From positions 64,001 through 128,000 of the forward strand of contig JBMNEZ010000001.1 in the NCBI GenBank assembly GCA_050949045.1: a stretch of 64,000 nt of DNA, given 5' to 3'. Shown here one piece after another: positions 1-9,007 of this stretch. This DNA comes from Candidatus Izemoplasmatales bacterium. Its GTDB lineage: Bacteria; Bacillota_I; Bacilli_A; Izemoplasmatales; Hujiaoplasmataceae. Each line of letters begins with the position of its first letter. The first letter of the stretch is position 1. The notes under the pieces were generated by a model that was not told the DNA's origin, ran no database searches, and worked only from the letters and a program-made list of their open reading frames with translations. A program made the position numbers and the translations under genes.

Positions 1-2
1 TC

Positions 3-977
3 AAGGAACAACTAAACTTTGACTATGCGATCACCAACATCTTTGATTACGACGACGAGTTGATCACTCAATTAGAAACCGTTTTTCCGGTTGACCACAC
101 AGCCAGCATGAGTTTCAGCAGCGAGGCACTCTTTGATCTTGGCGGCAGCGAATTAAAGTTGTTCAGCTTTTGTATGATGATGCCTTATACCGCTTTTGTC
201 GATAGTTTTGCCTTTACAACCAAGGTGAAGCCAACTCAGGAATTGCTGGCTTCAAAGGCCCCTTTTGCCTTGTTGCCGACTGATTACCGTTATACGCATC
301 TTCTTGATGTCGGCGATACTATCTATTTGCATACGGATACTGAATATGGCATCATTTCTCTTGAGGTTGGCGGTTTTTTTGATGTTAGCTATCCTAATAT
401 TATCTACACTAATCTCTCTGAAGTTGACGAATATGCATCTTTGTTTCCGATGAACACCGTCATCGTCAATTCAGATCGGGATCTTTTGGCCGATTTGGCC
501 ACCACTTATGGTGAAGAAATGTATTATATCGTTCCAATTGATGATTTGATCAATTACTATGGTTCAATGTATCAAACCGCGGCCGATCTTGCGCTTGCCA
601 TGGTCGGCGTCGTAATTGCCAGTTTCATGATCGTAATCATTAACAACACGTTGCTTGTGTTCCAAACCATTAAGGGGGACTATGCTAAACTGAGAGTTAT
701 GGGAGCCGGATTCAAAAACTTATTTGGGTCGTTAGCCAAGGAGGTCTTGATCTCGCTTGCGGTGATCATGATATTCTTCATTCCATCGATCATGGTTTTC
801 ACAAAAGCCCTTCCCAAACTGATGCTCTTTTTCAACTATCATCGAGAGATCATCCCAAAAATCGGTACGATCATTTTGGGAATCGCCCTTGTAACGATTG
901 CGTTCTCAGCCAGTTATCTTATCTATGCCCACAAAGTAAAGAGACTTGATTTGATTGCGGAAATCAAGTATGAATAA
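3..977 (+). CDS. ABC transporter permease (FtsX-like), C-terminal part, truncated by the window edge
   Basis: Frame is open from position 3. Three C-terminal hydrophobic segments with an 'LRVMGA' loop, typical of FtsX-family permeases. Confidence 0.7.
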   Translation, partial: KEQLNFDYAITNIFDYDDELITQLETVFPVDHTASMSFSSEALFDLGGSELKLFSFCMMMPYTAFVDSFAFTTKVKPTQELLASKAPFALLPTDYRYTHLLDVGDTIYLHTDTEYGIISLEVGGFFDVSYPNIIYTNLSEVDEYASLFPMNTVIVNSDRDLLADLATTYGEEMYYIVPIDDLINYYGSMYQTAADLALAMVGVVIASFMIVIINNTLLVFQTIKGDYAKLRVMGAGFKNLFGSLAKEVLISLAVIMIFFIPSIMVFTKALPKLMLFFNYHREIIPKIGTIILGIALVTIAFSASYLIYAHKVKRLDLIAEIKYE

Positions 978-1030
978 CTAAGGAGTCATAACTTAAACGA
1001 GAGAGAGTTTTGTAAGAGCCGCAAATAATT

Positions 1031-1354
1031 TTAAAAATTTATTTGACTTTGGTTTTTGATCTCATCTTCATTTTTACGCTCTTTATGATTGATTGTTCTT
1101 TCCGGAATGCCATGCTTTTTTGCTAAATATGCATATGATTTACCATCGCATACTTTTTCAAAAATACCCATTTATTTAAACTCTTTTATGTGTTTTTTTA
1201 ATGTTTTGCTATGTTTAGCAATTAAAAAACACCTCCCATATTTTAGACATATATGAAGGTGTTTAAAAATAATTTGATAATTTCGCTTACGGTTATGAAA
1301 AGTGATACTGTACCTCTTAATATATAAAAGTCTTTAAATGGGGTTCATTCTACA
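1031..1354 (-). mobile_element. Decayed IS3-family (IS150-like) left end and orfA fragment
   Basis: Minus strand 1222-1031 reads (I)AKHSKTLKKHIKEFK*MGIFEKVCDGKSYAYLAKKHGIPERTI, resembling an OrfA HTH with an internal stop, after a GGAGG RBS. IS3-like end TGTAGAATGAACCCCATTTAAAGAC at 1354-1330. Confidence 0.55.
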
Positions 1355-1368
1355 GCCGGAGGCGCTTT

Positions 1369-2244
1369 TTATACATCCACACCGAGAACACTCTTGATAA
1401 GCATGCCGATAAGAAAGGAAATCGCTGAAACCGAGAGGCTGATGATTGTCATTTGAAGAAATCGTTTCCGGAAAGGAAGCCCCTTGGCAACCGAAATGTA
1501 AAAATTGAAAAAGAAGATGATCAGGATGACGGTTCCAAGCATAACCCCAAGTGCAACGAAATGGTTTTCAATAACCAGATAGGGGAGCACCAGCAACGCG
1601 ACAGTCATAATGTAGGCGATCCCGGTATATAGAGCGGATTTGAGAGCATTTGGGTTGTTTTCAGCTTTTGCGCTCAGGTATTCGCTGGCCGCCATCGACA
1701 TACTCGCTGCGATGCCCGTGATTAAGCCGGACAAACTGATCAAAGCAGTGTTTGCGATAGCAAACGTCAAGCCGGCAAGCGTTCCGGATAATTCAACCAA
1801 GGCATCGTTCAAACCAAGAACCATCGAACCGACATAATTCAGCCTTTCTTCGTCGAGCATCGCAATTAGTTCGTGTTCGTGTTCGTCTTCCTCAAGCGCG
1901 ATGCGATTGGCTTCCTCGACATATTCGCCGATCATTTCATAGTTTTTCTTGGCTTTGCTTTCTCCTCTTTCCATAATTTTGAGAGCAAAGGTATAGCCAA
2001 AGATGATTGAAAGCAGATTGTAAAAGAATATCATCAACCGGTTGGGACGGGCGGGTTTGCCAAGATATTTTTGCCAGATGTCATGATGGGCCTTTTCTTG
2101 GGAGGCGATTCGGATCAGGATTTCCCGATTGTTTGGATTCTTGACGCGTTTGGCAATTTTGTTGTACACATGATATTCGGTTATTTCGTTTTTTTGAAGG
2201 GTTTTGATGGCTTTCTGAATATGGATAGGAATATTATTGCTCAT
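1369..2244 (-). CDS. Rubrerythrin/ferritin-like domain fused to a VIT1/CCC1 iron transporter (MbfA-like)
   Basis: N-terminal ExxH pairs (QEKAH, EDEHE). VIT1 motifs 'VLGLNDALV' and 'SMSMAASEYLS'. Confidence 0.85.
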   Translation of the reverse strand: MSNNIPIHIQKAIKTLQKNEITEYHVYNKIAKRVKNPNNREILIRIASQEKAHHDIWQKYLGKPARPNRLMIFFYNLLSIIFGYTFALKIMERGESKAKKNYEMIGEYVEEANRIALEEDEHEHELIAMLDEERLNYVGSMVLGLNDALVELSGTLAGLTFAIANTALISLSGLITGIAASMSMAASEYLSAKAENNPNALKSALYTGIAYIMTVALLVLPYLVIENHFVALGVMLGTVILIIFFFNFYISVAKGLPFRKRFLQMTIISLSVSAISFLIGMLIKSVLGVDV

Positions 2245-2330
2245 GTTCTCCTCCTTAAATCAAATCTATGATATCACAAACCGGAAGAAAACCAGTATTA
2301 ACGAACGCATTTATGCCAAAAACGCACATG

Positions 2331-2346
2331 ATGATAAACTTATCAT
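2331..2346. promoter_or_regulatory. Palindrome ATGATAAACTTATCAT, possible Fur/PerR-like operator
   Basis: Perfect 7-2-7 inverted repeat upstream of the VIT1 gene, resembling TGATAA-type Fur boxes. Confidence 0.3.
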
Positions 2347-2530
2347 AAAAAGCAGATTTATTTGATTTGACAATATGAAATAATCGGAATGCATTTCGTT
2401 GAGGTAACGTCATTCAGACAGATGCTGTTTTGCGGCGATATTTACGATTTAACCAACATTGTTTTCTTTGTCTGTGGCAAAATTCACGTAATGAGAGTAT
2501 AATTATTTTTGGATAAGGAGGGTATCAACT

Positions 2531-3550
2531 ATGCAAAACCGGATCACAAAATCTCAGCCTCTTCTCAATGACAAAGGCGGTCTAGCAAATCCCGGATACG
2601 CAACCTACCCATTTTTCGTCTATGATCGCAAAGCGATCAAGGCTTCGGTGTGGCGAATCAAGGAATGGGACTACTATTGCACGATCGGTGACGGGTTCGG
2701 TTTTTCCTGTGTCATCGCCGATCTCGGCTACAGCGCCATGGTCACAGCTACCTTTTTGGATTTCGAGACAGGCATAAACTATAAAAAGACCAAATTGCTT
2801 TGGTTTGTCTTCGGCAAAATGAATATGCCATCCTCGTCTCTTGAAGGAAATGTCTCATACCATGGGGGTGGCTTTGATTTTGATTTTGTGAGAAATGATA
2901 ACGAAAGGCTTATCAAAATCAAAATCAAGAAATTTCATCAGGGAACCGATTTGATTTGTGACTTGAAAATGAGAGATATGAAAGACGATTCGCTTGTGAT
3001 AGCGACTCCATGGAAAGAGAACCCTCTTGCTTTTTATTACAATCAAAAAATCAATTGTATGCCGACAGAAGGGAATGTGGTCTTTAATGGAAAAGAATAT
3101 CGTTTTTTTGACACAAAAGACTTTTCCGTTCTCGACTGGGGAAGAGGAGTCTGGACATACAAAAACACTTGGTATTGGGCCAGCGTGTCCGGTCTTGCGG
3201 ATGGTCTCCGTTTCGGGTTGAATCTCGGATACGGCTTCGGGGACACGAGCGCAGCCACGGAAAACATCATTTTTTTTGATGGCGTCGCTCATAAACTTGA
3301 CCAAGTCAAATTCGAGATCCAGGAACCCGATTTCATGAAGCCATGGCGTTTTACCGACAATGAAGGACGGTTGGAAGTCGTCATGGAACCTTTGTTAGAC
3401 CGTCAGGACACAATGAATCTGGGGATCATCAAAAACCTCGGACACCAAGTGTTCGGTAAAATGTCGGGTTATTTTATCTTGGATGACGCGAGGAAAATCA
3501 AATTCAAAGATGTTATCGGTTTTGCCGAGAAAATTACGAACCACTATTAG
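2531..3550 (+). CDS. DUF2804 family protein
   Basis: 'RIKEWDYY' and 'LDWGRGVWTYKNTWYW' motifs, ending 'GFAEKITNHY'. Confidence 0.8.
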   Translation: MQNRITKSQPLLNDKGGLANPGYATYPFFVYDRKAIKASVWRIKEWDYYCTIGDGFGFSCVIADLGYSAMVTATFLDFETGINYKKTKLLWFVFGKMNMPSSSLEGNVSYHGGGFDFDFVRNDNERLIKIKIKKFHQGTDLICDLKMRDMKDDSLVIATPWKENPLAFYYNQKINCMPTEGNVVFNGKEYRFFDTKDFSVLDWGRGVWTYKNTWYWASVSGLADGLRFGLNLGYGFGDTSAATENIIFFDGVAHKLDQVKFEIQEPDFMKPWRFTDNEGRLEVVMEPLLDRQDTMNLGIIKNLGHQVFGKMSGYFILDDARKIKFKDVIGFAEKITNHY

Positions 3551-3559
3551 GAGGGCATT

Positions 3560-3874
3560 ATGACGGACAAAGAGATTTATGAATTGCTATTGAAAGAAGA
3601 TGCTTTTGATAACATTGAGCTTACAGATGACGACGGAAAGGTCTTTGAACTCGAGCAGATCGGAACCATCCCCATGCATGGAGTGGTATATGCGATTCTG
3701 AGTCTTCTTAAAATCAATGGTGAGTTAGTAGACGAAGAAGACCAAGGCCTCGTGATGCTCGAACTGGACTACGACGAAGAAAGCGATGAGTATTATGTAT
3801 CCACGATTGAGGATGATGAGTTATTCGATGAAGTAATCGAGGAATTTGAAAAATTGCCCGAATTCGATAACTGA
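3560..3874 (+). CDS. DUF1292-like acidic protein
   Basis: 'IELTDDDG..FE' start and 'IEDDELFDEVIEEF' end; RBS AGGAGG. Confidence 0.65.
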   Translation: MTDKEIYELLLKEDAFDNIELTDDDGKVFELEQIGTIPMHGVVYAILSLLKINGELVDEEDQGLVMLELDYDEESDEYYVSTIEDDELFDEVIEEFEKLPEFDN

Positions 3875-3958
3875 AAATGACCTGTATATTTTTTTGTGTT
3901 TTTATGGTATCATAGCAGTATCGTTTTTAGAAATTGATAAGGAGGTTTTGAAATTACG

Positions 3959-4336
3959 ATGAACATTTATTATTGCAAGCACTGTAAGCGAATATGCTAT
4001 ACATATCCAGTTGACAGCACATTGGTCTGTTGTGGCGATGAAATGACCTTGTTACAGCCGAAAACCACTGAACAAGGCAACGAAAAACACTTGCCAGTTG
4101 TTGAAAGAGTGGCCCCCAATCAAATCCAGGTCATGATTGGCAGCGTCGCCCACCCGATGATTCCCGAACACTATATTCAATGGATTTTCATCGCTCAGGA
4201 TACTTCTTACCAGATCAAGACGTTAAAACCCGAAGAAGAGCCCAAAGCGCTCTTTTACATCAATCCTAAAGAAGACATCAAAGTATACGAGTTTTGTAAT
4301 CTTCACGGTCTCTGGATGACAGAAGTCAGAAAATAA
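3959..4336 (+). CDS. dfx: Desulfoferrodoxin / superoxide reductase
   Basis: CxxC...CCG desulforedoxin domain; EKHLP, HPM, EHYIQWI and CNLHG motifs. Confidence 0.92.
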   Translation: MNIYYCKHCKRICYTYPVDSTLVCCGDEMTLLQPKTTEQGNEKHLPVVERVAPNQIQVMIGSVAHPMIPEHYIQWIFIAQDTSYQIKTLKPEEEPKALFYINPKEDIKVYEFCNLHGLWMTEVRK

Positions 4337-4351
4337 TGTTATGTTATTCAT

Positions 4352-4380
4352 AAAATTGAATCCCCGGATTCAATTTTTTT
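4352..4380 (+). terminator. Intrinsic terminator after dfx
   Basis: AAAATTGAATCC-cc-GGATTCAATTTT followed by further Ts. Confidence 0.75.
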
Positions 4381-4436
4381 GCCAGAATCAAAAAGCGGAT
4401 AGTTATGCTGTAAAAAATTAGGCAGGGAGTGAAACG

Positions 4437-5276
4437 ATGTCGTTTATTGAAGCAATCAAGTATTTGATTTTGGGACTGGTTCAGGGCATAACCGAAGTAT
4501 TGCCGATATCTTCCAGCGGACATGTCGAATTGATGCAGGAAATTATCGGAGTTGGTGCTTCCGAAGGCTTGTTGTTCCTTGTTTTGGTCAATACAGGATC
4601 ACTGATCACACTAATGTTCGTGTTCCGCAAACAGATTATTGCGATTATCAAAGACTTTGTTCTCTTCGTATTTAATAAAGAAACACGAGATAAGACAAGG
4701 CCGAATTTTTTGTTCGGTGTTAAACTGATAATTGCAAGCATCCCTGCTGCTATCATTGGCTTTTTTTTCCAAGACATTTTTGACAATATGCTTGTTGAGT
4801 ATGGAACACTGGTTTCAGGAATTGGCCTGCTTTTCACTGGAACCGTGCTGATCTTCATCAACTACAACCGGTTTCGAAGCGGTTATACTGACCTCAATTT
4901 TATCGATTGCATCTGGATGGGAATTGCTCAGGCGATCGCCTTGTTTCCGGGAATATCGCGTTCGGGAATGACAGCAGGCACCGGAATCAAACGAGGAGTA
5001 GGAGTCAAAACAGCAATTGAGTTTTCTTTTATGATGTACATTCCGGCATCGATCGGGGCTTTACTTTTACAAATCTACAAAGGCTTCAAAGAAGGTTATG
5101 CAGTTCCTTCTGTTCATCATTATTATTACTATATTATTGCATTTTTCAGCGCCGTTGTCGCGACATTCATCTCTTTCAAAATGGTGTTTCACATTTTCCA
5201 AAGGGGAAGATTGAACTATTTTGGTTTCTATTGTCTGGCAATCGGCATCTTGTCAATTGCACTTTTCATTGTCTGA
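4437..5276 (+). CDS. uppP: Undecaprenyl-diphosphate phosphatase (BacA)
   Basis: 'QGITEVLPISSSGH' and 'PGISRSG' motifs. Confidence 0.93.
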   Translation: MSFIEAIKYLILGLVQGITEVLPISSSGHVELMQEIIGVGASEGLLFLVLVNTGSLITLMFVFRKQIIAIIKDFVLFVFNKETRDKTRPNFLFGVKLIIASIPAAIIGFFFQDIFDNMLVEYGTLVSGIGLLFTGTVLIFINYNRFRSGYTDLNFIDCIWMGIAQAIALFPGISRSGMTAGTGIKRGVGVKTAIEFSFMMYIPASIGALLLQIYKGFKEGYAVPSVHHYYYYIIAFFSAVVATFISFKMVFHIFQRGRLNYFGFYCLAIGILSIALFIV

Positions 5277-5384
5277 TGAAAGGTGTCTGAGCGACAATTT
5301 GATGATAGGGTTTGAGTTTGCCGGCGATTTAAGGTAGAATAGAATGAGCCAATTCTAACAACTGCTACCAAGGAGGAAAGGAAT

Positions 5385-6125
5385 ATGGATGAAAACGTCA
5401 AGCAAGAACAAGTCATTGAAGAAGGAATAACACTGCAAGACCTTTTAAGAATAATTTGGAACAACATAATTTTGATCAGTCTCGTCACCTTGTGGGTGAC
5501 TGTCTTCGGTATTATCTATACATTTGTTATTGTTGAACCGAAGTACACCGCCGAGACCGCGGTTATGGTCCAAGTCGATTGGTCGGAGTCCGGCACCAGC
5601 GAACAATCAGCTATCAGTATCGCCAACGCCTTGATGACGACTTACAAGGATTTTGTCATATCGAAATTGGTCTTGGACAGCGTTATCGAGGATGTGGAAG
5701 ATATTGGGGATCTGTCAACCAAAAAACTCAAGAAGATGATCTCCATTTCAAGCACAACCGGAGCTTACATGATTTACATTTCCGTCGAACATTCGAATCC
5801 AGCATTAGCCAAGACAATTGCCGACAAAATTGTTGAAAACTCGATTTCGATCGCCGATGACGAAGAGCAAGGGTTTTTGTTTCTCCAAAACAAGCTTAAG
5901 TTGGTTTATCCGGCCGAACTGCCGGTTGAGCCCAGCTCTCCCAACAAGGTTTTGAATATTGTTATCAGCGCTCTTCTAGGCGGCATTCTTTCGTTGGGGA
6001 TCGTTTTTCTCAAAGAACTCTTCAATAATAAATACCTAACCAAGGAAGATCTTGAAAAACATCTAAATCTTCGTGTTCTCGCTACTGTTCCGGGAACAAT
6101 CAAAGAAAGAAAGCTGGTGGAGTAG
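5385..6125 (+). CDS. Polysaccharide chain-length regulator / BY-kinase membrane activator (Wzz/CpsC/YveK)
   Basis: Two TM segments with 'PKYTA' and 'PVEPSSPN' motifs; adjacent to a tyrosine kinase. Confidence 0.85.
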   Translation: MDENVKQEQVIEEGITLQDLLRIIWNNIILISLVTLWVTVFGIIYTFVIVEPKYTAETAVMVQVDWSESGTSEQSAISIANALMTTYKDFVISKLVLDSVIEDVEDIGDLSTKKLKKMISISSTTGAYMIYISVEHSNPALAKTIADKIVENSISIADDEEQGFLFLQNKLKLVYPAELPVEPSSPNKVLNIVISALLGGILSLGIVFLKELFNNKYLTKEDLEKHLNLRVLATVPGTIKERKLVE

Positions 6126-6797
6126 ATGGATTTCTTCGAATATCGCAACGTTGTCATTGAAACGCCTAATTCTCTCGAAGCAGAAGCTTACCGCAAACTT
6201 GAACTGAATATCCAAATGATGTCGATCGACAAAAAGACACAGGTCATCCAATGCACGTCGGCGATTCCGGAAGACGGCAAGACAACAACTTCGATCAATC
6301 TCGCTGCCGTATACTCAGAAAAAGGGAAGAAGGTAATTATCCTCGATTTTGACATGCGTCGGCCCAAAATCCATCGGGCTTTTCACAAGCCCAACGACAA
6401 AGGGTTTTATGATTACATCAATGAAGATGTGCCATGGCGCGACCTTGTGATCCATGATGAGAGCAACATTGATCTCATACTCACCGGGAGGCATATTTCT
6501 TTCCCCCATATCGTGCTTGAATCACATAAGACCAAAAATTTGATCAACGAACTTAGGCAGGAATATGATTACATCATTATTGACTCGCCGCCGGTCTTGT
6601 CGGTGACGGACGCCATCATCATCAGTACTTTAGTTGATGGCGTAATCTATGTCGTAGCTTACAAAAAAACAAAGAAAGAAGATGCCAAACAAGGCCTGAT
6701 TCAGCTCCAGAAGAATAACGCTCGCGTTCTCGGAAGCGTATTTGCCAATGTCGATGTCCGCAAAAGCAGGACGGGCTATTACGGATATTATTACTGA
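6126..6797 (+). CDS. CpsD/CapB family tyrosine-protein kinase
   Basis: 'EAYRKL', Walker A 'EDGKTT', 'DFDMRRP', 'IDSPP' and C-terminal Tyr cluster 'GYYGYYY'. Confidence 0.92.
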   Translation: MDFFEYRNVVIETPNSLEAEAYRKLELNIQMMSIDKKTQVIQCTSAIPEDGKTTTSINLAAVYSEKGKKVIILDFDMRRPKIHRAFHKPNDKGFYDYINEDVPWRDLVIHDESNIDLILTGRHISFPHIVLESHKTKNLINELRQEYDYIIIDSPPVLSVTDAIIISTLVDGVIYVVAYKKTKKEDAKQGLIQLQKNNARVLGSVFANVDVRKSRTGYYGYYY

Positions 6798-6818
6798 TTT
6801 TTGATAAGGAATCTATTC

Positions 6819-7511
6819 ATGGTTGATATTCATTCTCACGCATTGCCTTTTGTCGATGATGGAGCCAAATCGATGAGTGATGCCTTGGCAATGATCGAAA
6901 GAGCCATCGCCTGCGGCGTGACCGATTTGTTCTTGACGCCACACTACAGGCCTTATCAAGATTTTTTGGCCACCCCCCAGAGAATCCGAGCCCTTTTTGC
7001 AAAAGTCGTCAGCCAGGTTCAGAATCGGAATCTAAATATTAGACTTCATTTAGGGAACGAGATCTTTTATTCTATTGAGGTTATCGATCTATTAAGGAAA
7101 GACAAAGTCCTCAAAATGGGAAACAGCGACATGGTTTTGATCGAGTTTGCGACCGGCGACGACCATGAGACTATAATTGAGGCCGTACATAATTTGGTTT
7201 CCCTCAAACTCAGACCGATTATCGCCCACGTCGAGCGCTACGAAAAACTCAGAAATCATGAATATTACTCGGGGCTTAAGCGAATGGGGGCTTTGATCCA
7301 AGTTAACGCGGGAGCGGTTCTAGGACATTATGGGAAGCCACTGCAAAAGCGCGTATGCCTGCTTATAAAACACAAACTGGTAGATTTCATTGCTTCCGAT
7401 GCCCATGACGAATTCGGAAGTTGTCTTAAGGACGCAAGATTGTTTGTTGAGAAGAAATTCGGCTTTCAGACTGCCGAATCTCTTCTCAATAACAAAAGTA
7501 TCTTGATATAA
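6819..7511 (+). CDS. CpsB/CapC PHP-family tyrosine phosphatase
   Basis: 'DIHSH', 'DDG', 'TPH', 'AHVERY' and 'ASDAH' motifs. Start moved to ATG 6819 after an AAGGA RBS. Confidence 0.9.
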   Translation: MVDIHSHALPFVDDGAKSMSDALAMIERAIACGVTDLFLTPHYRPYQDFLATPQRIRALFAKVVSQVQNRNLNIRLHLGNEIFYSIEVIDLLRKDKVLKMGNSDMVLIEFATGDDHETIIEAVHNLVSLKLRPIIAHVERYEKLRNHEYYSGLKRMGALIQVNAGAVLGHYGKPLQKRVCLLIKHKLVDFIASDAHDEFGSCLKDARLFVEKKFGFQTAESLLNNKSILI

Positions 7512-7720
7512 TTTAAATTATCAACCATTAAGCGATTATTGTATTATCACAACAATCAGAGTTGTCACTTCTCTTTCTGCGTATTTTTCTTTGAATATGG
7601 ATTATCTCTCGCCGCGGTGCTCTTCCGTGTTGCCCTTGAAAATATGTGGGTAGCAACCTTTACAGATGCAATATAAAGGCTTGACTAAGTCTTTTATTTT
7701 TCAGAAAGAGTGATGAAATT

Positions 7721-8410
7721 ATGAAGAATACTTATGTTTTAATTGCGGACGATGAATACAGGATTCGCAAGTTGCTTTCAGAATTCCTTATACGGGAAGG
7801 ATATAAAGTGATCGAAGCAGCTGACGGCGAAGAAACAATCAACATTCTTTTCAACACTAAAACCAAGATTAATTTGGTTATTCTCGATGTTATGATGCCA
7901 AAATACGACGGCTGGTTTGTCCTTGAGAGAATTCGCGAATTTTCAACGATTCCTGTTATCATGCTTATGGCCAGAAACGATGATAATGATCAATTAAGGG
8001 GATTTAAACTTGGTGCCAATGATTATGTGACAAAGCCTTTTTCTCCAAGTGTTCTGATGGATCGCGTCAACAGCATCCTTAAAAAGGATCGAAACTATGA
8101 CGATGATATCGTATTTGGGGTTATCAGGATTTCTTTGAAATCAAGGGAAGTATTCATCGAAGATTTGAAGATCGAATTAACTCCGAAGGAATTTGAGTTG
8201 TTAAAGTATTTTATTGAAAACAAGGGAGTCGCGCTCTCGCGTGATAAGATCCTCAATGCCGTTTGGAATTATGATTACTTTGGTGATTTGCGCACTGTTG
8301 ATACGCATATCAAACAACTAAGATCAAAGCTAGGGTTTTTTGGTTACTACATATCTACGGTAAGAAAGATCGGCTATCGTCTAGACATTGAAAATGAAAT
8401 TGTCGAGTAG
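7721..8410 (+). CDS. OmpR-family response regulator (probably orphan)
   Basis: Receiver motifs DD, LDVMMP and KPF; winged helix 'RTVDTHIKQLR'. The conserved beta4 Thr is replaced by Met (IMLMAR). Confidence 0.88.
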   Translation: MKNTYVLIADDEYRIRKLLSEFLIREGYKVIEAADGEETINILFNTKTKINLVILDVMMPKYDGWFVLERIREFSTIPVIMLMARNDDNDQLRGFKLGANDYVTKPFSPSVLMDRVNSILKKDRNYDDDIVFGVIRISLKSREVFIEDLKIELTPKEFELLKYFIENKGVALSRDKILNAVWNYDYFGDLRTVDTHIKQLRSKLGFFGYYISTVRKIGYRLDIENEIVE

Positions 8411-8860
8411 GGAGAAATCATTCTTATTTGTTTATAGATTGCTCTAACTTCTCATCATTTTGAATAATTTCTTTTTGGAGTGCGATTCTCTCATGGTTGG
8501 GAAAGGCTCACTCGTTGGGATTTTTCCGATTCGAAACAGCCTATCATGCCCATAGAGGGTATTGCCTAATTTCATTGCGGATTTGATTTACTACTTTGAC
8601 TATAAAAATCATCGAATTTCGATTGATATTGATTATGTTAAATGGCTAAAACTGGCTATTTACAACAATGGAGTCTCTATCCGCAAATCGGAGATGTGTT
8701 GAATTTAGAATAACTACTATACTAGATAAAGCATGAACAAAAAGTTACGATGGCGGGGCTTGCACTCAATGTTTCCCAGATTGTCCCTGAAAACAATGGA
8801 TTCATTTTTGGGTTTTCAAATCAATATTAGGATGTAGAGTATTCTTTATCATTGTCCAAT
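8394..8860 (+). pseudogene. Decayed sensor histidine kinase (HATPase_c remnant)
   Basis: ATG 8394 overlaps the regulator's end. From 8556, broken frames read RVLPNFIADLIYY..KLAIYNNGVSI..*I*NNYYT / DKA*TKSYDGG / GLALNVSQIV..GFIFGFSNQY*DVEY, matching the N, G1, F and G2 boxes with stops and frameshifts. Confidence 0.7.
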
Positions 8861-9007
8861 GATCATTATTGTGCAACCAAGAACATCCCAAATAAAATGT
8901 TGGGTATTCGCCCTTTTTAGGTACTATATCTTTCTAATATCCTTGTATTTTTTGGGCTGTTATGATAAAATCCATTTATAATGTAATGTTTTATTCGGGG
9001 GACAGCT

